From Deltaproteobacteria bacterium (GTDB taxonomy: Archaea > Thermoplasmatota > Poseidoniia > Poseidoniales > Poseidoniaceae): 64,000 nt of DNA. Of the stretch, positions 63,932-64,000 are shown one piece after another. The notes below the pieces were generated by a model, which searched no databases, was not told the DNA's origin, and saw nothing but the letters and a program-made list of their open reading frames with translations. Each line of letters opens with the position of its first letter. Positions within the stretch are counted from its first letter, which is position 1. The stretch is taken from contig JAOMAZ010000001.1 of assembly GCA_028344335.1 (NCBI GenBank), positions 11,468 through 75,467 on the forward strand, in the 5' to 3' direction. Made by a program: the position numbers and the translations under genes.

Positions 63932-64000
63932 ATGGCGGTTTCACATAATCAAATGGCATATGCTGCCATTCTCTCAACCATGATGTTTGGTGCTATTTTC
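63932..64000 (+). CDS. Start of a membrane protein (MAVSHNQMAYAAILSTMMFGAIF...). It is partial and runs off the window.
   Basis: ATG at 63932, followed by a hydrophobic segment that continues to the window edge. Confidence 0.3.
   Translation, partial: MAVSHNQMAYAAILSTMMFGAIF

Overview
This is a gene-dense, roughly 45% GC archaeal chromosomal segment. The archaeal assignment rests on a proteasome-activating nucleotidase, an archaeal-type MBF1, Tsr3, Kae1, and an L39e-L31e-S17e / PDCD5-like / S19e ribosomal operon. Several proteins are eukaryote-like and the gene content suggests a marine heterotroph, which would fit Marine Group II/Poseidoniales-type Thermoplasmatota; that lineage call is inference only.

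Backbone content:
- A plus-strand supercluster at 1527-12809: tsr3, a split FTCD-type glutamate formimidoyltransferase and cyclodeaminase, fdhD, a NuoE/NuoF-fused FdsB and a Cys-type FdsA formate dehydrogenase, a long UROC1-like urocanase, and histidine ammonia-lyase. The imidazolonepropionase gene hutI lies about 5 kb away on the minus strand. Together these give a complete mammalian-type histidine-to-one-carbon route, plausibly ending in formate oxidation.
- A folE-queE-queC-queD cluster for preQ0/archaeosine precursor synthesis, preceded by a small ribbon-helix-helix gene.
- Methylmalonyl-CoA mutase catalytic subunit plus epimerase, an ABC-2 exporter, ValRS, DinB, SHMT, an aminotransferase, and an RND/MMPL exporter.

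Accessory-looking content:
(a) A membrane protein with two Zn-ribbons, four canonical EF-hand loops, two transmembrane segments and more than 250 residues of poly-Asp/Glu/Ser tail. The tail is encoded by 15-bp tandem DNA repeats. Flanking genes are a DUF835-like protein and a small acidic Zn-ribbon protein.
(b) A NikR regulator divergent from a His-rich ZIP transporter, with a NikR-like TATGA-N18-TCATA box between them. A SlyD-type FKBP with a His-rich tail lies nearby.
(c) A 1.27-kaa CARDB-rich surface protein with a cytoplasmic Zn-ribbon tail, followed by a 57-aa two-TM peptide that is translationally coupled to a PqqD/RRE-like protein.
(d) An IscA + YgfZ/IBA57 pair with an overlapping ATGA junction.
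(e) An iodotyrosine-deiodinase-like flavoprotein with the IYD-specific Glu/Tyr/Lys residues conserved.
(f) A 1062-aa polytopic membrane protein with a TPR-like domain and an Arg/Lys-rich tail.

Several genes shorter than 60 aa are absent from the ORF track: L39e, the RHH protein, a Cys4 mini-protein and the 2-TM peptide. tRNA-Val(GAC) is called by manual folding. No CRISPR array, integrase or recognisable defence genes are present.
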